From Chrysomallon squamiferum (Eukaryota; Animalia; Mollusca): DNA of 64,000 nucleotides. Under the pieces are notes generated by a model that did not search any database, was not told where the DNA came from, and saw only the letters and a program-made list of their open reading frames with translations. Shown here piece by piece: positions 1 through 13,149 of the stretch (position 1 is the first letter of the stretch; each line of letters begins with the position of its first letter). The stretch lies in the NCBI GenBank assembly GCA_012295275.1, contig CM022677.1:10416001-10480000 (forward strand), written 5' to 3'. Made by a program: the position numbers and the translations under genes.

Positions 1-775
1 TAAAATGAAAAAGGTGAGAATTATTACCTGTAAGAAGAAAAAGGTGAGATTTAATTGGTGGTATTTACAGTTTGTAGGTAAAAACATTCTCTTTGTTTCA
101 TTAGAACTGTACTTGCTTTTCAATGTACTGTGTTAATATTACCGCTTCACTTTTACTATCAGTATACTGAGTTCTATATCTAATAACATTAGCGAAGAAA
201 TCCTAATTTTCATTGATAATTGTACACAGCATTTTAAAAATAAAATTTTAATGACTTGATTATAATTTTAAAATTAATATTTCGTATAAAGACTGATATT
301 TAGATGTGGAGCGGATATATAAAGTTTCTATCTTGCGTTAACAGCTCAACATTATTATAAATATGTCGTTAATACCGTTTATAATAAAATATTTCCTTTT
401 TCTGAGGCTTAGAACTGTTTTTGATCAGAGAACTGGTAAATTCTTAAAGAAACAAACAAAAAACCCAAACAAAACAAAAATTACAGGTATTGCTTAATAT
501 CAAGACATACTGAGAGGTTTTCTTTTATTTGTTAATGATCATATTAGAGTTTATAAAAAGAAAACATGTTACTCAGGCACCTCTTTTGGACTGTCTTGTC
601 GGACCTGGAATTTGAAGCACTTGATTTGGCTGCGGAAAATAGGATGGACCCGGACTAACTGAGAGATTTATTTGGATTTTTCCCGGATCTAACTGAGATA
701 TTTATTTATATTTATTTTTCCTAATATTTTATTACTACTATTATTATTTTGTTTATTTATTTATTTATTTATTTA

Positions 776-830
<55 letters not shown>

Positions 831-3180
831 TACTATTATTATTTTGTTTATTTATTTATTTATTTATTGTTATAATATTACGTTTCTGATTGAAGACCAA
901 GCATTAATTTTAAAATTAAGGGTTTGTCTTAATATTATCACCAAGAAAACATAGAAGGAAAATGTCCCAAAATAAACAGATGTGTATTTCAAAGATGTTA
1001 TTTGATTAAGATGGACTTTTTTTAGAGAACCTTACGACGGCAACGACGGCGGCATTAGCAGAGATAATAATAATAAATTTCAGTATAAATAGGACAAGGA
1101 AAGAAAACAAAAATAAAAAACCAAAAGGAATAATGAAGTGTACTGGAATACTGTTAGGAACAATCCGGTACAACGGCAACGATGGCGACATTAAAACACA
1201 CACATACACACCTATTTAAAGTGTATATGTGATGTGATTTCATATCATTAAATTTATTATTTTAATTTTTTTTTTGCTGTTTTATTATGTCATAGCTTTT
1301 TAAATTTATATTTATTTTTCAGTTATTGTTATTATCAGTGTCACTTTTTCTTTATCTATATTATTGTTGTTGTTGGTGTTGTTTGTTGTTGGCGGTGTTG
1401 TTAAGTACTCAAAAGTAATTTTCAGTTTAGGAAATAAAGGTTGACTACAGTTAACTATAACTATGTCAATTAGTCTGAGTTTGACTAACTACTCGGTGCG
1501 AGTTGTTACGCTGTTAACAATTACTGTTTATTCGATACCGAATGGGAAGACGAGATCTTTCTCATTTCACTAACAACAGTAAGTTATTTTTTTTTAGAAC
1601 AAATAATTATTCAGCTATTTCTAATACTGCAGAAATTAAACCTGAAAGCTCCAATTCAGAAATTATAGCTCGACCAACTCATTTATCATTACTATGACCG
1701 TTGAGGATATAACCGTCTCATTAGTTTAAAGTTTACAACAACAACAATAAAATTCTTTGCAAGTTATTATTTTATTGTTTTGGGGAGACTGTCACGGATC
1801 GTAAGAAAACAACAGTGACTAAATATTTTAGGCTGCTGTTTTATCCTCTGGCGTCGTGTTATGATGGCGAAGTAATACTGTTTTTTTTTTTTTTTTTATA
1901 TCTTTATTATTTGATTAATTAATTAATTAATTTAGTTGTTCTAGCAATAAGAACAACAACAACCACAATAATAAATATATAATATTAACAATAGAACAAA
2001 ATTTACATAATAATTGTGACACTTCAGTTCACAACTGGATTGGTGTGAAAAATATGTACTTTTAAAAAAGCAGGGAACTCTAAGAAATTGCAATTGATAA
2101 AATTGCGGGGAATGGTTATGTGATAATAGCGAATTACTTGTCAAACATTACAGCCGGTAGTTCAGTATTTCAGTGGGTATATATATATATAGCGTTACCA
2201 TATTTTCATCAACCAAAGACAGTACAATAGAAATCTATATTCACTACGACTATACATCTTTATTTATTCCTCCTTCCAAGTCAAGTTGAAAAAAGCTAAA
2301 ACTTAAACTCGCTCAATAACGATCCTGCGACCCCCAGAAAAAAGGCTGTCTACATTATATGGATCCAATTGGTCCTGTAATGTAACACTGTCTATATTAC
2401 ATGAAACAGACTGGTCAGATGATGTATCGTTATCCATGTTACATATAACAGACTGGTTTGTAACAAACAAGAAGATGGAAAAGGTCAAGTTCAGAAAACA
2501 GTTCAAGTGACAAAGAAATGAAACAACTGGAGTGTGTACTTGATCGACTGGAGAACGTTGTCTATTCTTGACAGGATTGATTAAACTGGAATTAATGATG
2601 GAAGTGAAATGAGTAAAGATGAATTCATTGAGTGACCTGGCTGTGGGTTAAATAATAGGTGATTTAATATACATTTATGAAAATATGTTTTCTTTAGTTT
2701 ATTTGGAAACATTACTACTACTCCAATGACCTCTACTGCTACTACTAGCTACTACAATTACTACTACTACTAAGAAGAACTGTAATTAATCAAGTGTGAA
2801 CATTATGTCAGTAATACACATCATAAGGAAGAGTACGTATAAATAATCAACATCTAAAAAGTAACACTACAGTTAAATAAAATAACAAAATAACGATCTT
2901 CAGTATATAAAGGGAAAATGATAAAGTAATAAATAAAATAAAATAATCAAATTAAAAAATTCTTTCAGTTAAGTCATGTTATCTAGATTATCTAGGAAAT
3001 TAACATGACCATCATCCAAAGTGCCGATGTTAAAATGCCAGGATCGCTTAATAAACGATGTTATTACCATTACTGTTTTATAATTATTATTGTTGTTGTT
3101 GTTGTCATTAATCCTATTGTGCTTGTTACTGATATTGTTGTTGTTAGTGTTGTTATTATTATTATTATTGTTGTTGTTAC

Positions 3181-3241
<61 letters not shown>

Positions 3242-3575
3242 GCTCTATGACGCATTATATAAAATGTTCTATTCATGAAGGATGATCTTTGACCCCCTCT
3301 CTCACTACTGCGTACAAACAACAAAATTTAGTAACTGATATCTCAAAAACGTGATTAGATACTAAACTGGATAAAACACTGGGGATCTGTAAACTCGTCT
3401 TTTAAAGCCCAAAGTAACAAATCATATTTCGTCTTTTCTTCTCTATGCACGCTCAAGTTAGTTGGAGCAAGGGACTGATTCACAATAATCACAGAGGAGG
3501 GGAACAGGGCTGGTGCTGAGGCTTCAGCATTTTTAGGATGAGGAACAAAACCATATATTATTGTTTCATTTTGTT

Positions 3576-3610
<35 letters not shown>

Positions 3611-4042
3611 TTTTTCACGATAGTAAGTTTGAATTTAATAAACCCTGTCATAGTATTTAAAAGAGGTCCTATGCTAAATAAGGCGGTTAAACCAAGTCTT
3701 TACTATTATTCCATTAATATACCATTCGATATCCAGACTTAATCAAGATTTATATCTCATGGAGCAGTATTTTATGAGTCAGTGATTTTTCTGATTTTTG
3801 TCGTTCTGCCAGCAGAGAGAAAGATTTCTTATCAGTGTCAGGTCCGTACGTGAGTTAATCCAATATGCGGTGCGCTGCTGTTGTGTAAATACGTACATAC
3901 CTGTAATTATTATTTGTTCTAAAGTAAAGACATTCAGAATAAATGACTGATAATAATCACAAACATTGTGATTTGATCCGAAATGAATAAACATGATCTG
4001 CTAAAGTATGTTTCTATTTTATCTTGCGAAACGAAATCATTA

Positions 4043-4106
<64 letters not shown>

Positions 4107-4359
4107 TAAAATAAAAAAAATAAATAAATAAATAAATAGATAAAAAATTGTATAGTAGCAACAACTACTAGTATTAATACTAATACTAATTTTCTTACTA
4201 TCACTATCACTAAATGTTAACAATAAATTTGTTAATTACTTTTGTTATTTATTTATTTATTTTTTAACTAATATATTTATTTACAATTAACGCTTGTGAT
4301 AAATTTGAGAAAATATTTTCTTTTTACTTCGCTACCCATTTTTGGTCTGTATTGAATTA

Positions 4360-5148
4360 CCGTATATACTTTTGTATAAGTCGAATTTTTGGGAGACTAT
4401 ATTAAGGTAATATTTTGGGGGTCGACTTATACATAGGTAATGCTTTTTTAGCTGTTGCTGAAGAGTCGCCATTTTGACTATTTTTTGCTCCGGGATGCAT
4501 CTAAAATAATCGTGGTCTTTCAGCTTTTCAAAAATATAATTTTATCGTATACATTTTTTGAAAAATTAAATAACAAAACCAAATATGAATGTAAAACATG
4601 ATATTCTTCCGTTTAATGACATAAAAATATATTTTAAAGCGAGAAAACCGTCAGTACGGCGCTATGCCTTACGGCGTCTTGCAATGATCTAGGAATGCAG
4701 ACTTCTCTGCCAAATTGAACTAAATATCGGTCCTAATTTCATAAACAAAACTCACTTGTTTAATTGTAAAGAATTTGATGAAATAATATTGCAATCGTCA
4801 TTAATATGCACTACCGACAAATTTAGGTATAACGGTAAGTTAGGTCTCCATGTTAGACCTATTACATTAAAGAGATACTATTTATGATACATTTAGGCTA
4901 TAGCTCGTGTAATACATGCATTTACGTTATTATGGTATGTTCGTGCAAGTTACAGCTCGTGCAAGTTATGTTACAGTAGGCGTACAATGTAGGCCTTCAT
5001 GGCACTGTCACACTGGTCTAAAAATACTGACGGTGCCTAGAATCTACAGTCGACTTATACACAAGTAATACCTAAAATGATGCAATTTTTGGTCTTAAAA
5101 TACACATCGACTTATACATAAGGTCGCCTTGTACACAAGTATATACGG
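4360..5148. mobile_element. Non-autonomous Tc1/mariner-superfamily (Tc2/pogo-like) MITE, ~790 bp
   Basis: TIRs CCGTATATACTT...AAGTATATACGG flanked by TA on both sides (4358-59, 5149-50). Subterminal GTCGACTTATAC-type motifs at ~4421, ~5049, ~5106, ~5123, and inverted at ~4374. CCGTA termini are typical of Tc2-type elements. No transposase ORF. Confidence 0.8.
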
Positions 5149-5452
5149 TAATTTTTTAATACACTTATGATTGCGTGTGTTGAAAACGTAACTAAACAGG
5201 GTCAGGTATGTTTCACCTCGGTAAACAAATAGAATGTAAACTTCTGTTAAACTGAACATATACTGACGTGTCAGTTCGTATAATCGTGATTAAATGCCAA
5301 CTTATTTTTATAGTTGTGTATTATTTCTTTTATTATTTTAACCATATCCAGTATCATCCAGTTCGACGTACATTTTCAGATTACGATTTTTCCAATGTGT
5401 GTGTGTGTGTGTGTGTTTTATATGTCTATGTTTGTTTGTGTGTTTATGTGTG

Positions 5453-5723
5453 TATTGTGCGTGTATCTGTTTCTGTGTGTTGTGCTTGTATGTGTACGTG
5501 TGTGTATGTGTATGTGTATGTGTGACGATATATATATATATATCACATTAATCATATTTATTTATGTTTTTTCTTGTTAAAGTTTGGTTTTCTTTTGTTA
5601 TATACATCATTATCACGATGAATAACATATTCGAGCGAAAAGGAAGGTGATTTAAATCACACATACACATTCACACATATACACATACAAGCACAACACA
5701 CAGAAACAGATATACGCACAATA
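5453..5723. repeat. Inverted repeat (~70-bp arms, ~130-bp spacer)
   Basis: TATTGTGCGTGTATCTGTTTCTGTGTGTTGTGCTTGTATGTGTA (5453-) is the reverse complement (1 mismatch) of TACACATACAAGCACAACACACAGAAACAGATATACGCACAATA (5680-5723). Confidence 0.8.
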
Positions 5724-5976
5724 AATAAATAAATAATAAAAGTAATATATATATGTGTGCGTGTGTGTGTGGTTTATAAACTAAATAATTCAGTATATTA
5801 TGGTACATATTTCATTAGTTGACTAATCTAAACACATACTATTTGTTTCCATGCATGAATGAGAGAGAGCAATTCTTAAGTGTTTGACAATGTCATGTTC
5901 ATTCAAGTGCACAAAGGAGTGTCACGTTTATTAAAATTATCACAAATATACGCAAACTACAAGTAATATTGTAGTA

Positions 5977-6014
<38 letters not shown>

Positions 6015-6359
6015 CTCTATATATCCTGATTTTCATTCTTTCACTTTATTTATATATCTTACGAAAAGATCTGAAACCGCATATTCATTATTCAAGTTTA
6101 AACATGATGTAAGTCTGGCGGCTAATTGTATTATGTTTCGCCGTCCTTCTACAAAACTGTTATTATGTTTATTATTACCACATGCATTTAAAAAATTAAT
6201 GAACTGCACTAACTATATTAAGGTAGTTGTTACTTTTACTGCTGTTTACTTTACCACAAGCAATTAAAACTTTTACGATTATTTTTTTTCCCAGAAAAAA
6301 CAAAAGTGTTCTAGAAAATTTCAAGGCTTCCACCCCTTTATTGAAATTGGTGTATTCCA

Positions 6360-6461
6360 CCACCGGGTGACGTCTGTCAAAACCGACTTCTCCGCTAGCA
6401 AACTGACATTGCAGACGAATAGAAGAGAATTTTTTGCAGGTGTTCATTTCTTAAGACAAAG
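6360..6461 (+). promoter_or_regulatory. Probable promoter / non-coding first exon of the TRIM-like gene
   Basis: Locally CpG-rich patch with a CRE-like TGACGTC (6368), ending in a strong donor AAG|GTAAGA at 6462. The next acceptor (7310-11) lies 2 nt before the ATG. TSS not determinable. Confidence 0.45.
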
Positions 6462-7130
6462 GTAAGAAGATTTATTTGTTGTTGTTGTTGCTATTGTCGT
6501 TTGTGTAAGATATTATAAAATAAAACTCAGTAATCTAGGTTATTTTCATAATAAAATTTCTGTACAAAAGTGTTTGTGTTAGAGTAGAGGGTATGGCTCA
6601 ATGGTCAGAAAAAAAGTAGTGTCTGGCGATGTGTTGTCGCATTTATCTTTCTCGATTACTTTATCAATGAATGAAGCCATTTAACTGCAGATTAAGTATT
6701 TGTTGAGTTCACGTTAATAAAATAATGTTCAATAACAATCAGCCATTCCTTCGTTTACTATGAAAATTTTCGTTGTTATTACACTGAATACATTACTTCT
6801 GTGAATGTCGGTTTCTTTCATTGTCCACAGTACGAGTTTCATCATTAAAATGTGTGAGCTTGGTTACGTAGCATGACACAAATTACCTTTCAGCATTCAT
6901 GGACATGTCACATTATTTATTTATTTATTTTATGTTTTGCTTCATATAACTTATTACAGATCTGTTTTCTTCCTTCTCAAACCTACGTCACAATGTTAAA
7001 TTTAGCAAGTTTGTAAATCAAATTAACAGTTCTTCTGTTTTCTTATAAATAAAATAAACTGAACGAATGAAAAGCTTATAGTTTAATATTATATAATGTT
7101 ACATTCGCACGTTTATATATTTATTTTATT

Positions 7131-7166
<36 letters not shown>

Positions 7167-7313
7167 TATTTAGTTACCTTTTTCTTCCTCTGTATTTTCT
7201 CTTTTATCTTCTCTGATTCTTCTATTTTGTCGCTGTTGTTATTTATTTATTTATTATTATTATTATTATTGTTATTGTTATTGTTATTGTTATTGTTATC
7301 GTTATTAACAGAT

Positions 7314-9283
7314 ATGGCAACAGCCGCAAACTCTGACGATAAACTTTCGTGCTGCATTTGTACGGAACTTTTCAAGAAGCCCCGAATGTTAAACTGTGGA
7401 CATTCGTTCTGCACCAAATGCCTGCAGGACTATATAAGTCACAAATACGATGACAACGACATACAAATCACCTGCCCATTCTGCAGGCAGAATGTCCACA
7501 TCCCAGACAGCACGAAACCAGTGTATACGTGGGCAGATCAATTCCCTATAAACCATTCACTACAGGACGCCGCTAATGATCGGTTACAATCAAAGTTTTG
7601 TGAGTCAGCAGCGTTATGTTTAGATTCGTTACAATAAAATATTTAAAATCATTTAGTGATTGTTTAACTAAGAATATTTGTGTTATGTATTAATCATGGC
7701 AGCCTACAGAAATAGAGGAAATTTTATTTATAACATTTTTCTACTCAGATTTTTAAAGCAGTTGATAAAATAAATTCTAAAACTTCACATTGTAGACATA
7801 TATTTATTAATAATAAGTAGTCCTAGTTAATTAATTAATTGACTGATTGGTTATTTATTTATTTATTTATTTATTTCAGCTCAAAGGGGAGGTCACATTT
7901 CAGTTCTGAGTTCTGTTTCTGAAAGTCTCAAAACCTTTAAAGAAGCTCTTCAGACAGAGATGGATGATATGATTGAGCAACTTCGCCAAGCCGTCGACCT
8001 CAACGTCGTGGACACTGCAGAAGAGGTCAGAAGGATTGGTAACACACTAATCACAGATTTTACTGCCGCAGTCCACAAAGAACAAGACAGGCTAATAAGA
8101 GAAACAGAAAAATCTCAGAATTTTGTAAACTCAGAAATAGGCAAATTATTCAATGAACACAAACATCTAATTGAGGAAAACGAAAAAATGATAAAATTGG
8201 GGGAAGATTTGCTGAAAAGAAAATCAGAGTCAGATATAAAAATTAACATTTCAAAATTCACCAAATTTCAAAACACAACTTCCGAGTTTCTGTCCAAATC
8301 TCGTTCCCGAATAGAAAAAGCAAAGTTTAAAGTAAATCTGATAAAATCTGATAAAAAGGCAGAAATGTCAGTCCACATTGGAGAAATATCCACAAACATC
8401 CAAACAGACACACAGATATACACTCTCAAACACACACACACCAGTATCATAAAAACACAACGCTCAGACACACAGATAGACAGACTAACAGACACACTCA
8501 AACACACAGACACCATTAACATAAAAATACAAAAAGACAAAACAGATCCTGTTCCGGTTTCCATGCTGGTGACAGGTGCAGACAAAAGTAAAATTGTTGT
8601 TAGTGATTTGTACAATGACTGTGTAAAATGTTTTTGTTTAGAAAGAAAATCACTGATAAAAAGATACAAAACTACCTCTGAACCATGCGGTCTTGCTGAA
8701 TCACGTGATCAGCGGGGTGATGTTGTTGTTGTCGTTACTGTGCCAGGCAAATATAAAATATTGTTTTTAGATTTGAAACAGTTCAAACTGATCAAAACTG
8801 TCCAAACTGATAAAAAGTATCGGTTTATCGCTGTGTTACCTGGCAACCGTCTCGCGGTCACTGGGTACTTTAGTCAGTGCTTGGACATACTGACAGACAG
8901 TGGCCAGCTCATTAATTCTATCTCAACAGATTTGATCCCCAGACCGTGCAGTCTCACGGTTCACGATCAATGTCTGATTGTTGTGTCAAATGTAAACAGT
9001 TTAGTCTGTGTGACGTCATCAGGTGACGTCAAATGGGAGTCACGTGATTCAGACAAACTGAGAGAGTTGAAAGGTGTTACATGTGACGGAGGGAAATATT
9101 TTTGTTGGTGATTTTAATAGAAACTGTGTTGTTCAATTGTCACGAGATGGTAACATTACACGTGACATCCTCGCAGACCAGAATGGACTGTCCGGACCTT
9201 GGTGTGTTTGTTGTGATGACAACAAATTGTACGTGGGAGAGTTCACGGGAAAAATAAAAATATTTACATGGTGTAAAAAGTAA
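7314..9283 (+). CDS. TRIM-like RING / coiled-coil / NHL-like beta-propeller E3 ubiquitin ligase (coding exons 7314-7599 and 7880-9283; frameshift at ~9090)
   Basis: C3HC4 RING CCICTELFKKPRMLNCGHSFCTKC...ITCPFCR. Phase-1 intron T|GTGAGT (7600)...TTTCAG|CT (7879) joins in frame with ORF 7960-9111. A helical region is followed by propeller blades (IVVSDLYNDCVKCF, SEPCGLA, LAVTGY, PRPCSLTV, KGVTCD). The final blades (GNIFVGDFNRNCVVQLSRDG...GPWCVCCDDNKLYVGE) are in another frame ending at TAA 9283. AATAAA at 9690. Confidence 0.85.
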
Positions 9284-9541
9284 ATTTCAAACAGTCTGCT
9301 AATTTAGATTCCCTTAAGACTTTTGTTGAAAGTCCATAGACATTTCTATCTGATAAATAAACAGAAAATCAGTTATTTATTTATTGTAAAGTAATTAATT
9401 TAGTTAATTTGTTTACGTTCTTTATTTTTATTTTTTTTATTATGAATTACTTTATCGTTTAACCTTGCTAAGTAACAAAATAGATTTCACTTTAAAACAA
9501 ACTCAGATTTACTTTTGAAATTTTCACCCAGTTTTGTCATT

Positions 9542-9606
<65 letters not shown>

Positions 9607-9832
9607 CATCTAAACTATTCTATAATTTTGTAGAGGTTTATTTGAAAGAATTTGTGCTATTTAAAATATACTTGTACAAACAAAACTGCAATAAAATATT
9701 TATATGATAATAAATAAAACTTTTCTGTCTTTATTTCATTTAAACTGTAAAACTATTTTACATTGTTTCGTGATCTCAAATAAAAAATTTGTTTTGCAAT
9801 TTCAATTCCATGATGTAAGGCTAATCATTTTA

Positions 9833-10240
9833 TTTAGTTAACTAAGATAATCAATTCAGATGTTTCAGTTATAAAAGTTAACTATCTCAGTTATTTAGTT
9901 AACTAAGATAATCAATTTAGTTGTTTCAGTTATAAAAGTTAATTATCTCAGTTATTAAGTTAATCAACTCAGTTAATTTTCTGTTAATAAAGTTAATAAT
10001 TTCATTTAGTTAGCTGCTTTTGCTAAGTGAAGCTAATTCTCCAGGTTAAAAATGTTAACTGCTTCACTTAGCTGAGTTAGTTACTTCAGTCAGTTACCTC
10101 AGTAAATCTCAACAGAGTTAAAGAAGTTAATAATTCAGATTACCTAAGTTAACAAACTTAATAATTAATAAAGTGAAATATTTCAGTTTTTTAAGTTAAA
10201 TATTTCAGTTAATAAAGTCAAATATTTCCGTTAACAGTCT
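9833..10240. repeat. 61-bp tandem duplication decaying into an AGTTAA-rich degenerate minisatellite
   Basis: TTTAGTTAACTAAGATAATCAATT...TCAGTTATAAAAGTTAA..ATCTCAGTTA occurs twice, followed by many CAGTTA/AGTTAA motifs. Confidence 0.7.
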
Positions 10241-10627
10241 CAGTTAATCACTGATTTCACTCACTCGGCTTCCTGCTGCAGTCGGCTGATTACTTTTGGG
10301 TGTCTGACGTCGGCGCAGACTGTCAGGGATGCTGACGTGAACAACGTAAAGCAAAGATTTTGGACATTCTTTTAAACTGAAACAGTGAAACAAAATACTG
10401 AATCAGGTTTGGTATATTGTATCATGTTGTAGTAGTAGTAGTAGTTCCAATGGCAGAATAATAACAACAATAACAATAATAATAATAAAAATAATTGTTG
10501 TAGTAATAGTAGTAATTGTAGTATATTATAGTATAATAATAACACTAGTAGTATTAGCAGCAGTAAGGTAGTAGAAGTAACAGGAGCTGTATAGTAGTAA
10601 AAAGAATGAAAACATGATTATGACAAC

Positions 10628-10660
<33 letters not shown>

Positions 10661-11231
10661 CAACAATAATAATAATAAACTTTCAGTAACATTAAAAAGA
10701 AACAGCAATAATAGTTTACTATTTACATATTTATGCATATGCAGACAAGTAGAAGCACACACACACACACACAGAGTAAAGATAATACTACAAAACATAC
10801 CCACAATCAGAGGTTTTCCTATTTGCTCATATGATCATTTTCTGGATTGGATAGTAAACATTTCTGGACCAGTTTATGGTGTCTGCCAGACACAGTTTGT
10901 GGATGTCAATTATTTTAATGTTTTACTGTCCTCTGGGACGTGAGTTCAAGAGTTCTCAGTGGTGTGAGAAGAAAGCTCTGTGCAAACCTGTATTCATTAC
11001 TGAAATAAAAATAATTTAAAATAAACATGTTTGACGTGAATCCATAGTCATTGTGTGTGTGTGTGAGAGAGAGAGCAAACAGAGAAAGAACAGAGAAGAA
11101 AGAGAAAAAGAAAAAGAGAGAGAGAAGAAAGAGATTCCTACTTTTAAAAATAAAAATAAAAACAAATTATTTAACCAGGCAACTACAACAAAAGTTTCAA
11201 ATTTCAGCTAATCTAAGCAGAATGACTGATT

Positions 11232-11578
11232 CTGTGAAATACTATACAACTAGCTGAGACATAACTAAATTAATAAACCGTAGTTTAACAAAACTCTGAC
11301 ATACAACATTCAACTGACACTGTGAAATACTACACAGCTAGCTGAGACATAACTAAATTAATAAACCGTAGTTTAACAAAACTCTGACATACAACATTCA
11401 ACTGACACTGTGAAATACTACACAGCTAGCTGAGACATAACTAAATTAATAAACCGTAGTTTAACAAAACTCTGACATACAACATTCAACTGACACTGTG
11501 AAATACTACACAGCTAGCTGAGACATAACTAAATTAATAAACTGTAGTTTAACAAAACTCTGACATACAACATTCAAC
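11232..11578. repeat. 88-bp minisatellite, 4 copies
   Basis: CTGAGACATAACTAAATTAATAAAC recurs at 11254, 11342, 11430 and 11518. Confidence 0.95.
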
Positions 11579-11812
11579 CATGGATTATCTGCAAGTTCAA
11601 CAGGAAAGACAACTCTTTGAAGTTCTCTGTCCCAAACTGGATGCTGAGAAATTTGTTAATTTTATGAATGTCTTTGAGTGCAAATAGTTCACTTGGATGA
11701 AGAGGAGGGATGTTTCTATATAGGTCTCTGAACAAATAACAATAATAACAATAATAAAAATAACAATAATAAAAATAATAATAACAATAATAATAATAAT
11801 ATTAATAATATC

Positions 11813-11864
<52 letters not shown>

Positions 11865-12008
11865 ATTAATTAAAATGTTAGATATGATATAATTACAGAA
11901 ACTGTTAGTCACAAATTTAGTCTCACAAACACACACACATACACACTTTTTTCTATACAATTTTACTTTAAAAGAAACAAAAATAAAGGAAAGAATACTC
12001 TCTCTCTA

Positions 12009-12420
12009 TAGTGGTACCTTGACTTACGAGTTTAATTTGTTCTGTGACCGAGCTTGTAACTTAGTTTGCTCATATATCAAATCAATTAAAATACCATTAA
12101 TCCGATCCAGCCCCCCCAAAACCACCCCATTTTGTTTTCTTAAATAAGAAAAATGTTTGTATAAAAAAACTAAATAAAAGAGAATGTAAAGAAATAAATT
12201 GGTTTTTGTGAAGTGGACAGGGTTAGAGTTTCTCCATCTTTACATGATCAGAGCTCTGCAGCTTAGAAATTATTTTAACACTGGAGTTACAGCCTTGAGC
12301 GACTTTTGCCTGCTTCAAAAACCTTGTTAAGGACTCAGACAATACTGTATATGTTTGTCATCATGAAATGTTGGAAGACAGTTACAATCTTCAATCACTG
12401 CCAGGTTAACACATACCACA
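12009..12420. mobile_element. Tigger/pogo-like DNA transposon terminal fragment
   Basis: TA followed by TAGTGGTACCTTGACTTACGAGTTTAATTTGTTC resembles Tigger-type termini (CAGTGGTACCTCGACTTACGA...). Matching other end not found; right boundary approximate. Confidence 0.5.
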
Positions 12421-13130
12421 GGTTTTAACATACCAGTCACTGTGACTTGGTTGGAAAAAACTGACTCACTCACAGGGCAGTACATATCATATTATCTAAT
12501 ATACTAGACAGAGTGCACTGGATGGAACAAATGGACTCACTGACATGACAGTATGTACCACAGTCTCTAATATACTCTACACATGGTGCAATGGATGGAA
12601 CAAATGGACTCACTGACATGACAGTATGTACCACAGTCTCTAATATACTCTACACATGGTGCAATGGATGGAACAAATGGAATCACTGACATGGCAGTAC
12701 ATACCACAGTCTCTAATATACTCTACACACAGTGCAGTGGATGGAACAAATGGAATCACTGACAGGGTAACACATACCAGACAGACTATAAAACACTATG
12801 CAGAATGCACTTGCTGGATAAAACTGACTCACACAGAGGGCAGTATGTACCACAGCCTCTAATGTACTGGACACAGTGGACTAGATGGACTCACTGGACA
12901 TACACAACAGCTCTCTTATACAAAAGACGCAGTGAACTGGCTGGAACAGTTGGGCTCGCTGAGATTGTAGTGCGTACCACAACATCTAATATACCAGATA
13001 CAGGGCACTGGATAGGGTAGCACATACCACAGTCTCAAATATACTAGACATTATACACTGGATGAACAGATCTACTTGCTAAAGGATAACACATTCCACA
13101 GATACTAATATACCAGACATGCCTCTAACC
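12400..13130. repeat. ~73-bp diverged minisatellite (~9-10 copies)
   Basis: TGGATGGAACAAATGGACTCACTGACATGACAGTATGTACCACAGTCTCTAATATACT unit; TGACATGACAG at 12541 and 12614. Copies decay on both sides. Confidence 0.85.
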
Positions 13131-13149
13131 AACAGACACATGACAACAC

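Noticed and set aside
2290-2650. Minus-strand ORF ending GGRRIVIERV, faintly like a Mutator-like transposase GRRIV motif
   Set aside because: Only a 5-residue match, with no downstream CxxC or other support.
3005-4223. Poly-I/L/Y ORFs (also 10526-10943, 17662-17997, 49630-49902 and copies)
   Set aside because: Translations of (ATT)n/(AAT)n microsatellites; no coding signal.
6030-6048. ISRE/IRF-like TTTCATTCTTTCACTTT upstream of the TRIM-like gene
   Set aside because: Half-site spacing is off, and such strings are frequent in AT-rich DNA.
8268-8669. 133-aa minus-strand ORF (also 37542-37913, 50127-50411 and copies)
   Set aside because: Antisense shadows of plus-strand exons.
11232-11578. 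Regular repeats as a possible CRISPR array (also 30300-31350, 12400-13130)
   Set aside because: Head-to-tail units without unique spacers; eukaryotic context; no cas genes.
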